Virus record (IMG/VR): IMGVR_UViG_3300025141_000047
Span: 28,799 to 92,798 of that record
Reading direction: 5' to 3' (one strand)
Source: a virus
Length of the DNA stretch: 64,000 nucleotides
How positions within the stretch are numbered: the stretch's first letter is position 1; every line of letters begins with the position of its first letter. The notes under the pieces are model-generated. The model ran no database searches and was not told the DNA's origin. It saw only the letters and a program-made list of their open reading frames with translations. This document shows positions 48,534 through 58,014 of this stretch, one piece after another. A program made the position numbers and the translations under genes.

Positions 48534-49852
48534 CTAAAGTCGTCAAGAAGAGTCTTTTGTTGATTTGAGCCGAGAATCCCACGACCTATTGCATTTGATA
48601 CTGAACCGTGAACAACATTCCCAATCATTTGATCAAGCGCATTTATTCTTTTCCCTGATGAGGCTATGTAAGGAGATGCTGACATAGCCGATGAAATATC
48701 ATAATCGGGGCGAATGCCTTGAATCATCATTACTTCTTGTGGAGTTAATTTACGATTGTAGGCGAGGGTGGGCATATTGTGAGTAATTCCTGTCACATGA
48801 GAAGTTATTGGTTTTCGATGTTGGAATGTGGTCGGCAAACCTGTTTTTTTGCTTGTTGCGTTTAAATCATGCCATTGTGGATATTCGCCCTTGTGTTTTC
48901 CAGTTCCAGGATTTGTCCCGCCCGATTGAGATATGAAACTTGTATTCATGAGGTATTCTGCAACTTCTGGGCTGATGTTTCCCTGTGCAAGCATCCCATC
49001 AATCACGGCTTTCCTTTGTGGCTTATTTTCTTGCTCATCACGTTCAAGGTGCGGCAAATAATCCAAAACGCTTGGACTCATTTTTGTCCCAGGTATTGGT
49101 TTGCGATCACGATGATAATGCGTTGGTTCGGCTTTCCAACCTTCGCCAATGAATGTTCGGCCTCTTGTTGAAGGTGCGCCAAAATTGATTGCATCCAATT
49201 TAGGATGGTTGCGAAGCAATTGCATTACACGCTTTTGAAACGGTTTGCTCACATAAGGTTCAAGCAAATGTGGGTTTTCTTGAATGAATTTTGCTACTGC
49301 TGGTGCTTCTTCAAGCGACCATGATTGAAGGTCAATGTCTGGGTGCTTCATCATCTGTTCAACGGTGTAAAGTGCGTTTCCGATCATTGGGAATGCCGAC
49401 ATACGACTTTCATGAATTTCTTCATCTGTTTTACCTGCTGGTCCAGTCCTTCTTTGGGCATTTGTGAATGCTTGACAAGGAGGTGAGGCGTGATAATGGA
49501 TTTTGCGACCTTGTGATAAGTCGGCGTATTGTTCGACTAAATCATCAGGATGAAGCATACCTTGTTCTGTTCCGATATAGCCCTCAATGATTTTTCCATC
49601 ATGGTTTGCTCGCCTTACATCATTTGCTGCTCTCCATGCTTCAACCGATGCTAATGTTGGAATCCCTGCTCTCGATAGCCCCTCATCCATGCCGCCCATC
49701 CCTGCAAACTCCGTAAAAGCCCCCCAGTCATTACGCATTGGCATTTGAGGGAAACGTCTGTCAAAATCAGCCCTCATCTGTTGTAAATCCCAATCTGTGG
49801 GGGCTTTCATGAGCATAGATGACCAAGCCTCCTGAAATAAAGGCTCGCTCAT
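48530..49852 (-). CDS. Leader-bearing C5-cytosine DNA methyltransferase
   Basis: Motif I EFAGMGG, IV SPPCQAF, VI LEEA, VIII TRGRTF, IX RKLTPQEVMMIQG, X QMIGNVV; leader LFQEAWSSMLMK. Confidence 0.88.
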   Translation of the reverse strand: MSEPLFQEAWSSMLMKAPTDWDLQQMRADFDRRFPQMPMRNDWGAFTEFAGMGGMDEGLSRAGIPTLASVEAWRAANDVRRANHDGKIIEGYIGTEQGMLHPDDLVEQYADLSQGRKIHYHASPPCQAFTNAQRRTGPAGKTDEEIHESRMSAFPMIGNALYTVEQMMKHPDIDLQSWSLEEAPAVAKFIQENPHLLEPYVSKPFQKRVMQLLRNHPKLDAINFGAPSTRGRTFIGEGWKAEPTHYHRDRKPIPGTKMSPSVLDYLPHLERDEQENKPQRKAVIDGMLAQGNISPEVAEYLMNTSFISQSGGTNPGTGKHKGEYPQWHDLNATSKKTGLPTTFQHRKPITSHVTGITHNMPTLAYNRKLTPQEVMMIQGIRPDYDISSAMSASPYIASSGKRINALDQMIGNVVHGSVSNAIGRGILGSNQQKTLLDDFR

Positions 49853-49936
49853 AGTTGTCTGCATAATCGCCCCAGATAAAAGCCTATCCCTTTCATCAGG
49901 TGGATGGAGAGGCTTTAATAACAAAACACTCAAGAT

Positions 49937-50035
49937 TCAAAATGGCGGCAACCATCCCTCCTGTTTCACTTTGTAATTCTCACGAATAACTTCTCGGAGT
50001 TGGGCTTCCGACAACTTTTGGTTGCCGCCACCCAT
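49937..50035 (-). CDS. Possible 32-aa peptide
   Basis: ATG 2 nt after the upstream stop (MGGGNQKLSEAQLREVIRENY...). Confidence 0.3.
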   Translation of the reverse strand: MGGGNQKLSEAQLREVIRENYKVKQEGWLPPF

Positions 50036-50037
50036 TT

Positions 50038-51558
50038 TCAAGCGAGATCCTCATCGAAGTCTATTCCATCCCAGGCATCTTTGTCTAAATTGTGAACACG
50101 TTCTAACATCTCAGCAGGTGTAAGATCGTTAATTGAGCGACCATCTCCGACACCTTTCCAATTAGCGATTGCATCCAAATCATCAAAGTGCCTCAAACTC
50201 ATGAATTGATTGTTCCTTATTGCTGAATCGCCCGTTGATGAGTCGGTTGCCCATCTCGTTTTGGGATTGCCGCAACCGACACATGGAGGGGCTAAAACAT
50301 CTGACCCCCTATTGCCTATGCCTCTTAAGGGTCGCATGGTGAGGGGGTCAATGTTCATTTCAACACGACCCATTTTGTTGTTTTCACCTAACACGCCAAA
50401 CCATTGTTTAGGATCCCCTGCAAAAGAAGGATTCCAAACTCCTATGCCTTCGCTTCCTTCAAATTGATACCCCCTGCATTTCGGGCAAAACACATCATGT
50501 GGTGGCTTGCCACCGTCAATCACCGTAGGTATTTTTCTTTGAGTTCTTGCCACAAAATCCCTATCCAGCATCATTTCAGGGAATAACTCAGGATATTTTT
50601 TTGCATTCTCTCTTTGGTTTATGAATCCATAAGGTCCACCCTCAAGCGGAGAAGTTCGGGCGAGCCGATCTCCATAGAACGGTAGGATTCCATAACCCTC
50701 TTCATCCCATATATCCCCTGCATCGGAACGGAGATCATACATCATGCTATCATAAGGCTTGCTTGCATCGGGGCAGTATTCCTTTCTTCCATCCTCCGAG
50801 ATTATGCAACGCTCACACACTTCTTTGTCGGGGTGTTCTTCGGTGGTGATTCTTGGGTAATAGTGGTAATTTTTGTTGCCAAAAATAGGCGCATCTCTTG
50901 GTTTGACCATCTTTTGTCGTTCCACATACGGTTCTCCGCCCCTATCGGTGTAAGTCCGATCCTCCCATCTTTCGCCAACCCCTGCATCCCTTCTTCGACC
51001 TGTGATTGGATGCCAGGGTCCAGAATAAGTTCCTGGTGCGACTTTGTATGTTTTCCCATCATCGTCTATGAACTCATCATTTTTTGGGCGATCCCACGAC
51101 CATTCAAGACCTTCTGGGGTCAAAGAAGGGGGGTGTAATCCATCAGGGGCGTTGCTACATGGTCTTTGACTTGCACCTAATCGGTGAGTCATCCCTTCGT
51201 ATTCATCATCGCCTGATGAATGAAATGTCATGAGATTTTCCGATTTTTCCCTGTTTCTTGCGTAAGGTTCGTATTTTTTGTCATATTCAATGATTTTATC
51301 AATTTGTTCAGGGGTGAATTGATGCCCAAAATATGTTTTGCCTTTGCGGTATTTATCCATTATCAATTCATTATATCCCTTATCGGCAAACCGATCCAAT
51401 ATCGAAAGGACAATTGGGTGTTGTGTTCTCCTTGTTTTTTCATACATTGCTTGAGGGAAGGATTGCGTTTCAAACTGGTGAAGTTCTTCGGGCAGCGTTT
51501 CAAAAACCGTTGAGTCATAATCCTTGAGCAAAACCCAAGCGGTGTCGAAAGCGGTCAT
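50038..51558 (-). CDS. Leader-bearing hypothetical protein with CxxC motifs
   Basis: MTAFDTAWVLLK; CERC, CPKC and CVGC. Confidence 0.75.
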   Translation of the reverse strand: MTAFDTAWVLLKDYDSTVFETLPEELHQFETQSFPQAMYEKTRRTQHPIVLSILDRFADKGYNELIMDKYRKGKTYFGHQFTPEQIDKIIEYDKKYEPYARNREKSENLMTFHSSGDDEYEGMTHRLGASQRPCSNAPDGLHPPSLTPEGLEWSWDRPKNDEFIDDDGKTYKVAPGTYSGPWHPITGRRRDAGVGERWEDRTYTDRGGEPYVERQKMVKPRDAPIFGNKNYHYYPRITTEEHPDKEVCERCIISEDGRKEYCPDASKPYDSMMYDLRSDAGDIWDEEGYGILPFYGDRLARTSPLEGGPYGFINQRENAKKYPELFPEMMLDRDFVARTQRKIPTVIDGGKPPHDVFCPKCRGYQFEGSEGIGVWNPSFAGDPKQWFGVLGENNKMGRVEMNIDPLTMRPLRGIGNRGSDVLAPPCVGCGNPKTRWATDSSTGDSAIRNNQFMSLRHFDDLDAIANWKGVGDGRSINDLTPAEMLERVHNLDKDAWDGIDFDEDLA

Positions 51559-52034
51559 ATCAAGTCATCCTCGCTTACTTTGGAATTAGGTCTTGTCAAT
51601 TCACCACTTTCAAGCCTTTTCATGGCTTCTTCAACTGGTTTTCCCCTAAACGTGCGTCTTGTTGATCGGGTTTCATCCTTTGTTGATTGAAGTTCATGCC
51701 TTTCTTTCATCTCAGGGTCGGCAGCCCAATTTTCTTTTCGCTTTTCTTGATCACGTGCTATCCGTCTTGCATTCTCTTCCGAGCCTGGTTCATAAGTTCT
51801 CAAAGCATTCTTTTCACGTTGCTTCATTCGAGATGCTTCATTCGCCCAATAATGAACAACACCACGACTTACTGGTATTCCTTCCTCGTTAAACAAACGC
51901 CATATTGCCGCTTGGCTCATCCCTTCGGATGCAAGTTGAGCAATACGCTTAATGTCCTCTTCGGTGAGCGTGTATCTCCGATCTGCTGCTGGCATTTTCA
52001 TCAAGTCCCAAGCGGTGTCAAAGGCGTTCACCAT
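51555..52034 (-). CDS. Leader-bearing helix-turn-helix protein
   Basis: AFDTAWDLMK; LTEEDIKRIAQLASEGMSQAAIWRLF...VSRGVVHYW. Confidence 0.75.
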   Translation of the reverse strand: MVNAFDTAWDLMKMPAADRRYTLTEEDIKRIAQLASEGMSQAAIWRLFNEEGIPVSRGVVHYWANEASRMKQREKNALRTYEPGSEENARRIARDQEKRKENWAADPEMKERHELQSTKDETRSTRRTFRGKPVEEAMKRLESGELTRPNSKVSEDDLI

Positions 52035-52582
52035 CCCGCCTCCCTAAGTTGCTGGCGATATTCATTTAATTGGTTTTTTCGTTTTTGTTTTGCTTGTTCC
52101 CATTCAAACCAAATATCATCGGAAGCATCAAGGTCTTCCATCTCGGAGAGTTCTGCAATTGCTTGTTGTCGCCCCTGTTCAGTCATAGGCCAGCGTATCT
52201 CTTCTAAATCCATACTTGGGTATGGTCCTTGTTCGTGAATAGATATGTGCTTAGGTTCAATGCGGTGTGGATAGCCATGAGTTATTATTTCAGGAAGATT
52301 TGAAGTTGTATTCATTCGCCTGTGAGGGACAGATTCAATCCCCTCGTCTGTGATGTGTAGTATGGTTGGTGGGCTTCCAGAACGGGTCGCCTGTTTCCTC
52401 GCATGATACCTTGCCTCTTTTTCATCCCCCGCCATGAAAAAGGCAGCAGGGTTGCGTCTAAAAGAGGGGCGAGGATCTTTTTGGGCTTTTGTTCCACCAC
52501 TTAGGATCTTTTGCGCCGAAGCAAAATCGGTTCCGTGATAGGGCATTTTGAGTAAAGACCATGCGGTATCGAAGGCGGTCAT
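52028..52582 (-). CDS. Leader-bearing ADP-ribosyltransferase-like protein
   Basis: MTAFDTAWSLLK then MPYHGT...KILSGG...EARYHA...ILHI...IEPKHI, a Tpt1/KptA-like ART pattern. Confidence 0.7.
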   Translation of the reverse strand: MTAFDTAWSLLKMPYHGTDFASAQKILSGGTKAQKDPRPSFRRNPAAFFMAGDEKEARYHARKQATRSGSPPTILHITDEGIESVPHRRMNTTSNLPEIITHGYPHRIEPKHISIHEQGPYPSMDLEEIRWPMTEQGRQQAIAELSEMEDLDASDDIWFEWEQAKQKRKNQLNEYRQQLREAGW

Positions 52583-53664
52583 GATAACTCCCCCCTTTCA
52601 TGTTGGCGCATCATCTCTTTTCGCCATTCATCAACCTTATTTGACCATTCATCCCATCGTAGCCGATCAAGTGAAATCTGCTTTGCTGCCCTTGCTCTTG
52701 GTTTTTTAGGTCCATGAATGACTTGCAGGGCTTCTGGAGGTATTGCATTGGGGGATGCCATATAACCCATCCCTTCATTCATGGAAGGATTTTTTATTGC
52801 CTCGCTTGGAAAGTGCAACAAAACAGGATCGCCCAAGTTCCTCTCATCCGAGCGTATTTTTGAATATGAAATTGCTGCGTCTGGGTCATCGGAGTAAAAG
52901 ACCAATGGCGGCAAGAATTGATTTGCTCGTTGAGGTTGGATGCCCTCTCGCATAATTTGAGGCAAAACATCGGTTGTTGTGCCGTGATACGGCATTTTCA
53001 TCAAATCCCATGATTTTTTGAATAATTCTGGGTTTGGGGCAACGGGGGAGTCGCCCCTGTAAGGGAATAATTTTGCATTGGGGTGCGCTTGAGAAAGAGC
53101 CGTAGCCATAACTTCTAACAACTCCATGCGCCTACTTATCCGTTTTGGTGTTTCATCGGGGCGACCCCAACCTGGTGCTGGACTTCTCCCAAAATCAGTA
53201 TCGTAAGCATCAAACAAAGGTTCGCCATCCCAAGCCCCTACTTGGTTTGCTGCCGTTCTTCCTTCTCCTTGAGATAATGAAGCACCATCATAAACCCGAT
53301 AATTGCCATCGTTGTCACGATATGCGAACAACTCTCCCATTGCCCCATGTAAAGCCATCTCCCTTCCCTTTTGTGGCCTACCATCCTCCCAAGCATCAGT
53401 ATAATTTTGAATAGATATGTTAATTGGAGGGTATCTTTGTTGATAGGGTTTGAGAATCGGATCTAAATGATCTGTATGTTCTGCATGAAAATCCCAATCA
53501 CTTGATGAGGTATCATCCCCTTCTTCGACCTTATCTCTCCCCCAAATCTGTTTCCGCTTCGGATGCCTCCATTCATAAGAAGGGGAATTAGGATCTAATT
53601 CCAATGAACCTGGCACTACGGGCATTTTCATCAAGTCCCAAACGTGGGTAAATGATGATGGCAT
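52579..53664 (-). CDS. Two-module protein: leader + unknown domain, internal leader + ART-like domain
   Basis: MPSSFTHVWDLMK at the start; internal LFKKSWDLMK then MPYHGT...IMREGIQP...VFYSDD...IPPEAL. Confidence 0.72.
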   Translation of the reverse strand: MPSSFTHVWDLMKMPVVPGSLELDPNSPSYEWRHPKRKQIWGRDKVEEGDDTSSSDWDFHAEHTDHLDPILKPYQQRYPPINISIQNYTDAWEDGRPQKGREMALHGAMGELFAYRDNDGNYRVYDGASLSQGEGRTAANQVGAWDGEPLFDAYDTDFGRSPAPGWGRPDETPKRISRRMELLEVMATALSQAHPNAKLFPYRGDSPVAPNPELFKKSWDLMKMPYHGTTTDVLPQIMREGIQPQRANQFLPPLVFYSDDPDAAISYSKIRSDERNLGDPVLLHFPSEAIKNPSMNEGMGYMASPNAIPPEALQVIHGPKKPRARAAKQISLDRLRWDEWSNKVDEWRKEMMRQHERGELS

Positions 53665-53708
53665 GAATGGTGCAAGCCTCATTAAAACATAAACCCATTC
53701 CCACCAAC

Positions 53709-53778
53709 AAAAAAAAAAGCGTAGGATTTCCCAGTTTAGACACGGTTCAGGGGCTTGCCCCAATCCCAACAAAAAAAA
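53709..53778 (-). terminator. Two oligo-T tracts (archaeal-type terminator candidates)
   Basis: T8 and T10 on the minus strand, each followed by GTTGG, in an intergenic gap. Confidence 0.45.
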
Positions 53779-53973
53779 TCTAACGAATCAACAAATGTCT
53801 TTGAAGCCGCATGATTCGATGGGTCGCAAATGGGGCTTAATTCCGCCCGTATATTGGCTCAATCCATACATTCGCAGCACGTTTGACAAACGCTCTCTTC
53901 GCCATAGCAAAGGCTCTTGCACATTAACTGCGAGGTTGAGGTTATAAATTAAACCTTCTCAGCCCTGTTAGGG

Positions 53974-54609
53974 CTATTGGTCGTTGATATATGGGCGTGG
54001 CATCCTTGCCGTTGGCTCTTGGAACATCAAGCCTTCTGTTGCTCTTTGGTGCGCTTCTAATCCCCCTGGGTTCTCAAGCGTATATGCTGCAATTTCATGG
54101 GCGGTTCTGTCATTTACTCCATCATCTCGAATCATCGGCAAACCAACTGCTTGATGCCCCCATTCATGGCTGAGAGTTGAAATGATATTGTCAATAATGC
54201 GTCTTTCCGTATCAGGAGGCAAAGACATATCTCCCACATCATGCAAACCGTAATCTTGATCAGGTATCATGTTGGGTAAATTGACCGCCACATATTCATC
54301 CAGATATTTTGTTTGTGGAGATGAAATCGGGCGGATTCTTGAACCGCCCATTCGATATGGAGTCCCGTAGTAATCCTCAATCTCTCCCGCCATTGCCTCA
54401 TCATTACGTTCAGCCTCCGCAGCATCAAGGTAAGGCGTAGTGCTTCCCTGCATTTCAGGGGGTGCGCCGATTTGATAGATTGGTTTTACCTGCTGATCGG
54501 TAAATCCTTGAATATATCCTCCGCTTCTTCCATGCCTTTCATCACTTGTCATATTGGGTGCAAACACGAAGTCTTTCAGCAAATCCCAAGTGGTGTCAAA
54601 TGCCGTCAT
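53974..54609 (-). CDS. Leader-bearing HExxH zincin-like protein
   Basis: MTAFDTTWDLLK; VNL...LSHEWGH...HEIAAY. Confidence 0.75.
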   Translation of the reverse strand: MTAFDTTWDLLKDFVFAPNMTSDERHGRSGGYIQGFTDQQVKPIYQIGAPPEMQGSTTPYLDAAEAERNDEAMAGEIEDYYGTPYRMGGSRIRPISSPQTKYLDEYVAVNLPNMIPDQDYGLHDVGDMSLPPDTERRIIDNIISTLSHEWGHQAVGLPMIRDDGVNDRTAHEIAAYTLENPGGLEAHQRATEGLMFQEPTARMPRPYINDQ

Positions 54610-55159
54610 TGTCCTCTCTCTCCCTCAGTGATGGTATATCACCTTGTAATTGCCACATAGCCTCATGTTCTCTTTCCAACACCCAATCACGGTGTTGCTC
54701 ATCTAATTCTTCATCGGTTTCCTTCACCCCATACCAGTCTTCGGCACCAGGTCCAAACCAAGCATTCTTTCCTAACTCCCTCGCCCAATGTTGTAATAGG
54801 TCTGTGCTATCAAGAGCAACGCCAGCACCAAAGGTTGGGGAGTCATGCAAGTGTTCATGCTCAAGAACATGGATGAGGTCGGCCATATTCAGTTCATTGT
54901 CTGGATCAAAATCTCTCCAATGTTCATGTGCTAAATTGACCACTGGAACATTACCTGCGGCATTATCCCAGAAAGCCTCATTTTCGGCTGTATCTTGGAT
55001 TCTATCGGGGTCAAATGATTCCATCTCGTCGTGATACACCCATCTGCGGGGAATAACCATTGATCTTGTTGGCGCATATCCTAATGCGTTTTCTTTGCCT
55101 TCTTCTGGATTAAATGTGAAATCCTTGAGCAAAGCCCAAGCCGTATCAAATGCCGTCAA
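54596..55159 (-). CDS. Leader-bearing HExxH zincin-like protein
   Basis: TTG start overlapping the upstream stop; TAFDTAWALLK; VNL...LEHEHLH...HEAMW. Confidence 0.72.
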   Translation of the reverse strand: MTAFDTAWALLKDFTFNPEEGKENALGYAPTRSMVIPRRWVYHDEMESFDPDRIQDTAENEAFWDNAAGNVPVVNLAHEHWRDFDPDNELNMADLIHVLEHEHLHDSPTFGAGVALDSTDLLQHWARELGKNAWFGPGAEDWYGVKETDEELDEQHRDWVLEREHEAMWQLQGDIPSLREREDNDGI

Positions 55160-56025
55160 AACCACACCGCCTTGAACTTGCTCTTGGTTTCATTGTATTT
55201 GTTTTTAGCGGCAATTTTCAATGTTGGGTTCTTGATTTTGTGCGCCAACCTGCGAGCCGCTTTGAGTTCGGACAACTTAACGCCACAGTCAATGCCTCGC
55301 TTCTTGCACCACTTGACCAAATCCTCAGTCGCAAGGTTCGCACCAGAACTCTCAACAAACGGACAGCCGCCAAGACCACCGATGCTGGAATCAAACTCTT
55401 GAATGCCGTTTGAATATCCAGTCCCTACATTGTTCATCAAATGACGGCCATGATGGAGATGCAAAGCCAAGTCATGTGTAAATTCCTGTGCAGTATCTAT
55501 TCCCGTTGATATGTCAAAAGGCGTTGCCGTTCCTTTGGTGTCGCATAAAACAATTTTCTTTCCAAACCTCAAACCGTGTTGGATCGCCAATGCAAGTGAT
55601 TCCTTACTTGACTCAAACGCCTCCGAGATATAAACACGGACAAGTTCAGGGTCTATCCCATCAAGGGCTTCCTCGTAGTTGTCGAGAATGCGTTCTAATT
55701 TCAATCCGTAGTTGGCAACATTGAATGTGTCGCATGGTGAAAAGAAAATGTTGTAATGAGTCATGCCTGATGCAATCGCCCGATCCATCCCTCTTTGATT
55801 AGGGACAAGAACTGAAAATCCTGTCTTATCATCAAAGGCAGCGCACACCTGTTCAGCATCAGCCATGTTCGGAACGGCCTTTGGATGAACAAACGATGTG
55901 ATTTCAATTTGAGTCAAGCCAGCATCACGGAGATGTTTGATGAGTTGGATTTTATCATCGGTGGATGGAACGTGCGGCAGGTTTTGTAGCCCGTCACGTG
56001 GTCCGACTTCAAAAATGCGAATCAT
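55156..56025 (-). CDS. hmgL: Hydroxymethylglutaryl-CoA lyase (DRE-TIM family), no leader
   Basis: EVGPRDGLQN, SFVHPKAVP, LVPN, DT, HLH, GLGGCPF and NLATEDL; ATGA-coupled start. Confidence 0.88.
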   Translation of the reverse strand: MIRIFEVGPRDGLQNLPHVPSTDDKIQLIKHLRDAGLTQIEITSFVHPKAVPNMADAEQVCAAFDDKTGFSVLVPNQRGMDRAIASGMTHYNIFFSPCDTFNVANYGLKLERILDNYEEALDGIDPELVRVYISEAFESSKESLALAIQHGLRFGKKIVLCDTKGTATPFDISTGIDTAQEFTHDLALHLHHGRHLMNNVGTGYSNGIQEFDSSIGGLGGCPFVESSGANLATEDLVKWCKKRGIDCGVKLSELKAARRLAHKIKNPTLKIAAKNKYNETKSKFKAVWF

Positions 56026-56513
56026 GGCTCTCCCCCCTTCGGATAAATCCCATAGAGCCGTAGCATTCGCCACTTCTCATCCTCGTCAATTCCTGGCGTT
56101 CCAGTCCATGCGCCATATTCTTGAAAACGTTCCCAATCATTATCCACCTTTGCTTGAAGGCGAGCCTTTTCGTCTTCATCAACGTCTTCGCTATTCAATC
56201 CAAACATCGACACTTGATTCCATAAATCATCGGTATAAGGGGGATGAAGTGCTTGGTGCATATTCTCATGCCCCATTATTTGCATAACTCTCTCCATCAA
56301 CTCTTCATCTGTTCGAAATACACGTTGTTGCCCACCCCATCCATCGGGGTCATCAGGATGGTTTGTTTTGAAATCGGAAACATGACTGGCGAGATTGACA
56401 TAAGGCGTATCTGTTATTGGATCGTAAGCACCTTGTTGGATGATACCTGGAAAACCTGTATCGTATCGGAACTCTTTGAGCAAAGCCCAAGCAGCATCAA
56501 AACAATTAGACAA
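56022..56513 (-). CDS. Leader-bearing HExxH zincin-like protein
   Basis: TTG start with GGGAGG SD; CFDAAWALLK; VNL...MGHENMH...QEYGAW. Confidence 0.72.
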   Translation of the reverse strand: MSNCFDAAWALLKEFRYDTGFPGIIQQGAYDPITDTPYVNLASHVSDFKTNHPDDPDGWGGQQRVFRTDEELMERVMQIMGHENMHQALHPPYTDDLWNQVSMFGLNSEDVDEDEKARLQAKVDNDWERFQEYGAWTGTPGIDEDEKWRMLRLYGIYPKGGEP

Positions 56514-58014
56514 TGTAAGCCCTCCCGCAATCAAAAGGACAGGAAACTCCGCCGAGCATTCGATTATACATGACCTCTTCACCTGGCTTTATCAATCTCC
56601 CACAGACTTTGCAGTTGCCTGAGTATTTAGCAGGGAATTTACCCGAAAAAGGTTGAGCCTTCATCAAGCCCCATGATTTCATAAAGGCTCTTGAAGAATC
56701 AAAATCAACTCCACGATCTTCTGCTAAACCGTATTGGTTAATAATGTCATCAAGCAAAGCATCGCTTCCAAATTTAGGGTCATAGTAATGCCAGGGTGTT
56801 CTCATGTAAGGATTTGACTTGACCTTCGGTTTCAATCCCCAACCCTGTTGGCGGAATGAACCAGTCGGCTCACCGAACCTTTCTTTCAATGCTTCAAGGA
56901 GTTCTGGGTTTTCGTCATAACCATAGGGTGGAATGGTTGAAAGCGCATCATTCCCCAAAATATAATCATCCCAACGATTCTTTCCTTTCACCCAATCAAC
57001 AGGAACGGAGTCATAGTTCTCAAAGAACATTTCAGGATTGGCAATAGCAAAATCAAGCGAGTCAGGATCGGAGAGCATGGTGTTAAGCGTTGCTTGCCTT
57101 GCCGTTTCAAAATTGTTATCCATGTATTGAGATAATTCATCTCGCAACTGCAAACGCCCAATGCCCTCTTGAATGTCTTGCGGCAAATCACCAAAGCCTT
57201 CAATTCCTTCATCTGGCAATTTTTGGATTTGGCGAATCAAGGCTCTTGACGTGCGCTCGGCTTGTTTCTTCCTGTTCCTTGCATCATCAATGTCGCCAAA
57301 TTGGAAGTTGCCAGCACCAGTTCTTTTTCCTGTTGTTGCCGTTTGGTCAAGAATTGCATTGATGAGATTTCTTTTTGTTCGACTGCTCTCGTTAGCGTCA
57401 ATGTTTGCATCTCTAATCCTTTTGACATAACGATCTCCAACATCAGGATGACTCTTCATTCCTTGACGGAACTTGAGGCTTTCATGCGGATATTCCGACA
57501 TATAGGCAACGAACTCAGCCACACTTTTTTCATCCGAGTTCGAATTAGTATTGAACAACCCATACCCTCCACGCTGCCTGTTTGCTTGTAATTCTTGCCA
57601 ATCGTAATTCATACGCTCAGGGTCGGTTAAGTCGTGGGCGGAATGCCCTGCCTCATGAGATGCCGTATTACCAATCTGGCGAATCGCTGCTTGTTCCTTT
57701 GCATCTCGCATCCTTTTGCCATATTCTTCTGCTGGAAAATCATTGTTCATCATCATGTCATTATATTCTTCACGTGAAACGATGTCCTTTGCGTTTGCCC
57801 TTCTGTAAATCTCACCAGGATAAATCCAATCACGACCAACCACTTCACGATCATAATCGGAATAAGTCAAGTCGCCCTCATCATCACGCCCAATAGGAAC
57901 TCGATAACGGTAAGTTTCATCTCCCGAAGTAAAGTGGACTCCGAAGGGATCATTCCTTCTCCGTTCTCCTAAGAAACGGCCACCCACCTTGAAGTCGGAT
58001 TTCTTAATCATCAA
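56506..58014 (-). CDS. HExxH zincin-like protein with internal leader and C-terminal Zn finger
   Basis: ASHEAGH...AEFVAY; AFMKSWGLMK then AKYSGNCKVCG...C...C. Confidence 0.7.
   Translation of the reverse strand: MMIKKSDFKVGGRFLGERRRNDPFGVHFTSGDETYRYRVPIGRDDEGDLTYSDYDREVVGRDWIYPGEIYRRANAKDIVSREEYNDMMMNNDFPAEEYGKRMRDAKEQAAIRQIGNTASHEAGHSAHDLTDPERMNYDWQELQANRQRGGYGLFNTNSNSDEKSVAEFVAYMSEYPHESLKFRQGMKSHPDVGDRYVKRIRDANIDANESSRTKRNLINAILDQTATTGKRTGAGNFQFGDIDDARNRKKQAERTSRALIRQIQKLPDEGIEGFGDLPQDIQEGIGRLQLRDELSQYMDNNFETARQATLNTMLSDPDSLDFAIANPEMFFENYDSVPVDWVKGKNRWDDYILGNDALSTIPPYGYDENPELLEALKERFGEPTGSFRQQGWGLKPKVKSNPYMRTPWHYYDPKFGSDALLDDIINQYGLAEDRGVDFDSSRAFMKSWGLMKAQPFSGKFPAKYSGNCKVCGRLIKPGEEVMYNRMLGGVSCPFDCGRAYIV

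Noticed and set aside
53790-53915. Tiny ORFs of 21-44 aa in three minus-strand frames after a TTTATAA box
   Set aside because: Cannot tell which, if any, is real; no SD or recognisable motif.
53961-53975. AGCCCT-GTT-AGGGCT hairpin at a gene end
   Set aside because: A 6-bp stem is too short to distinguish from chance.
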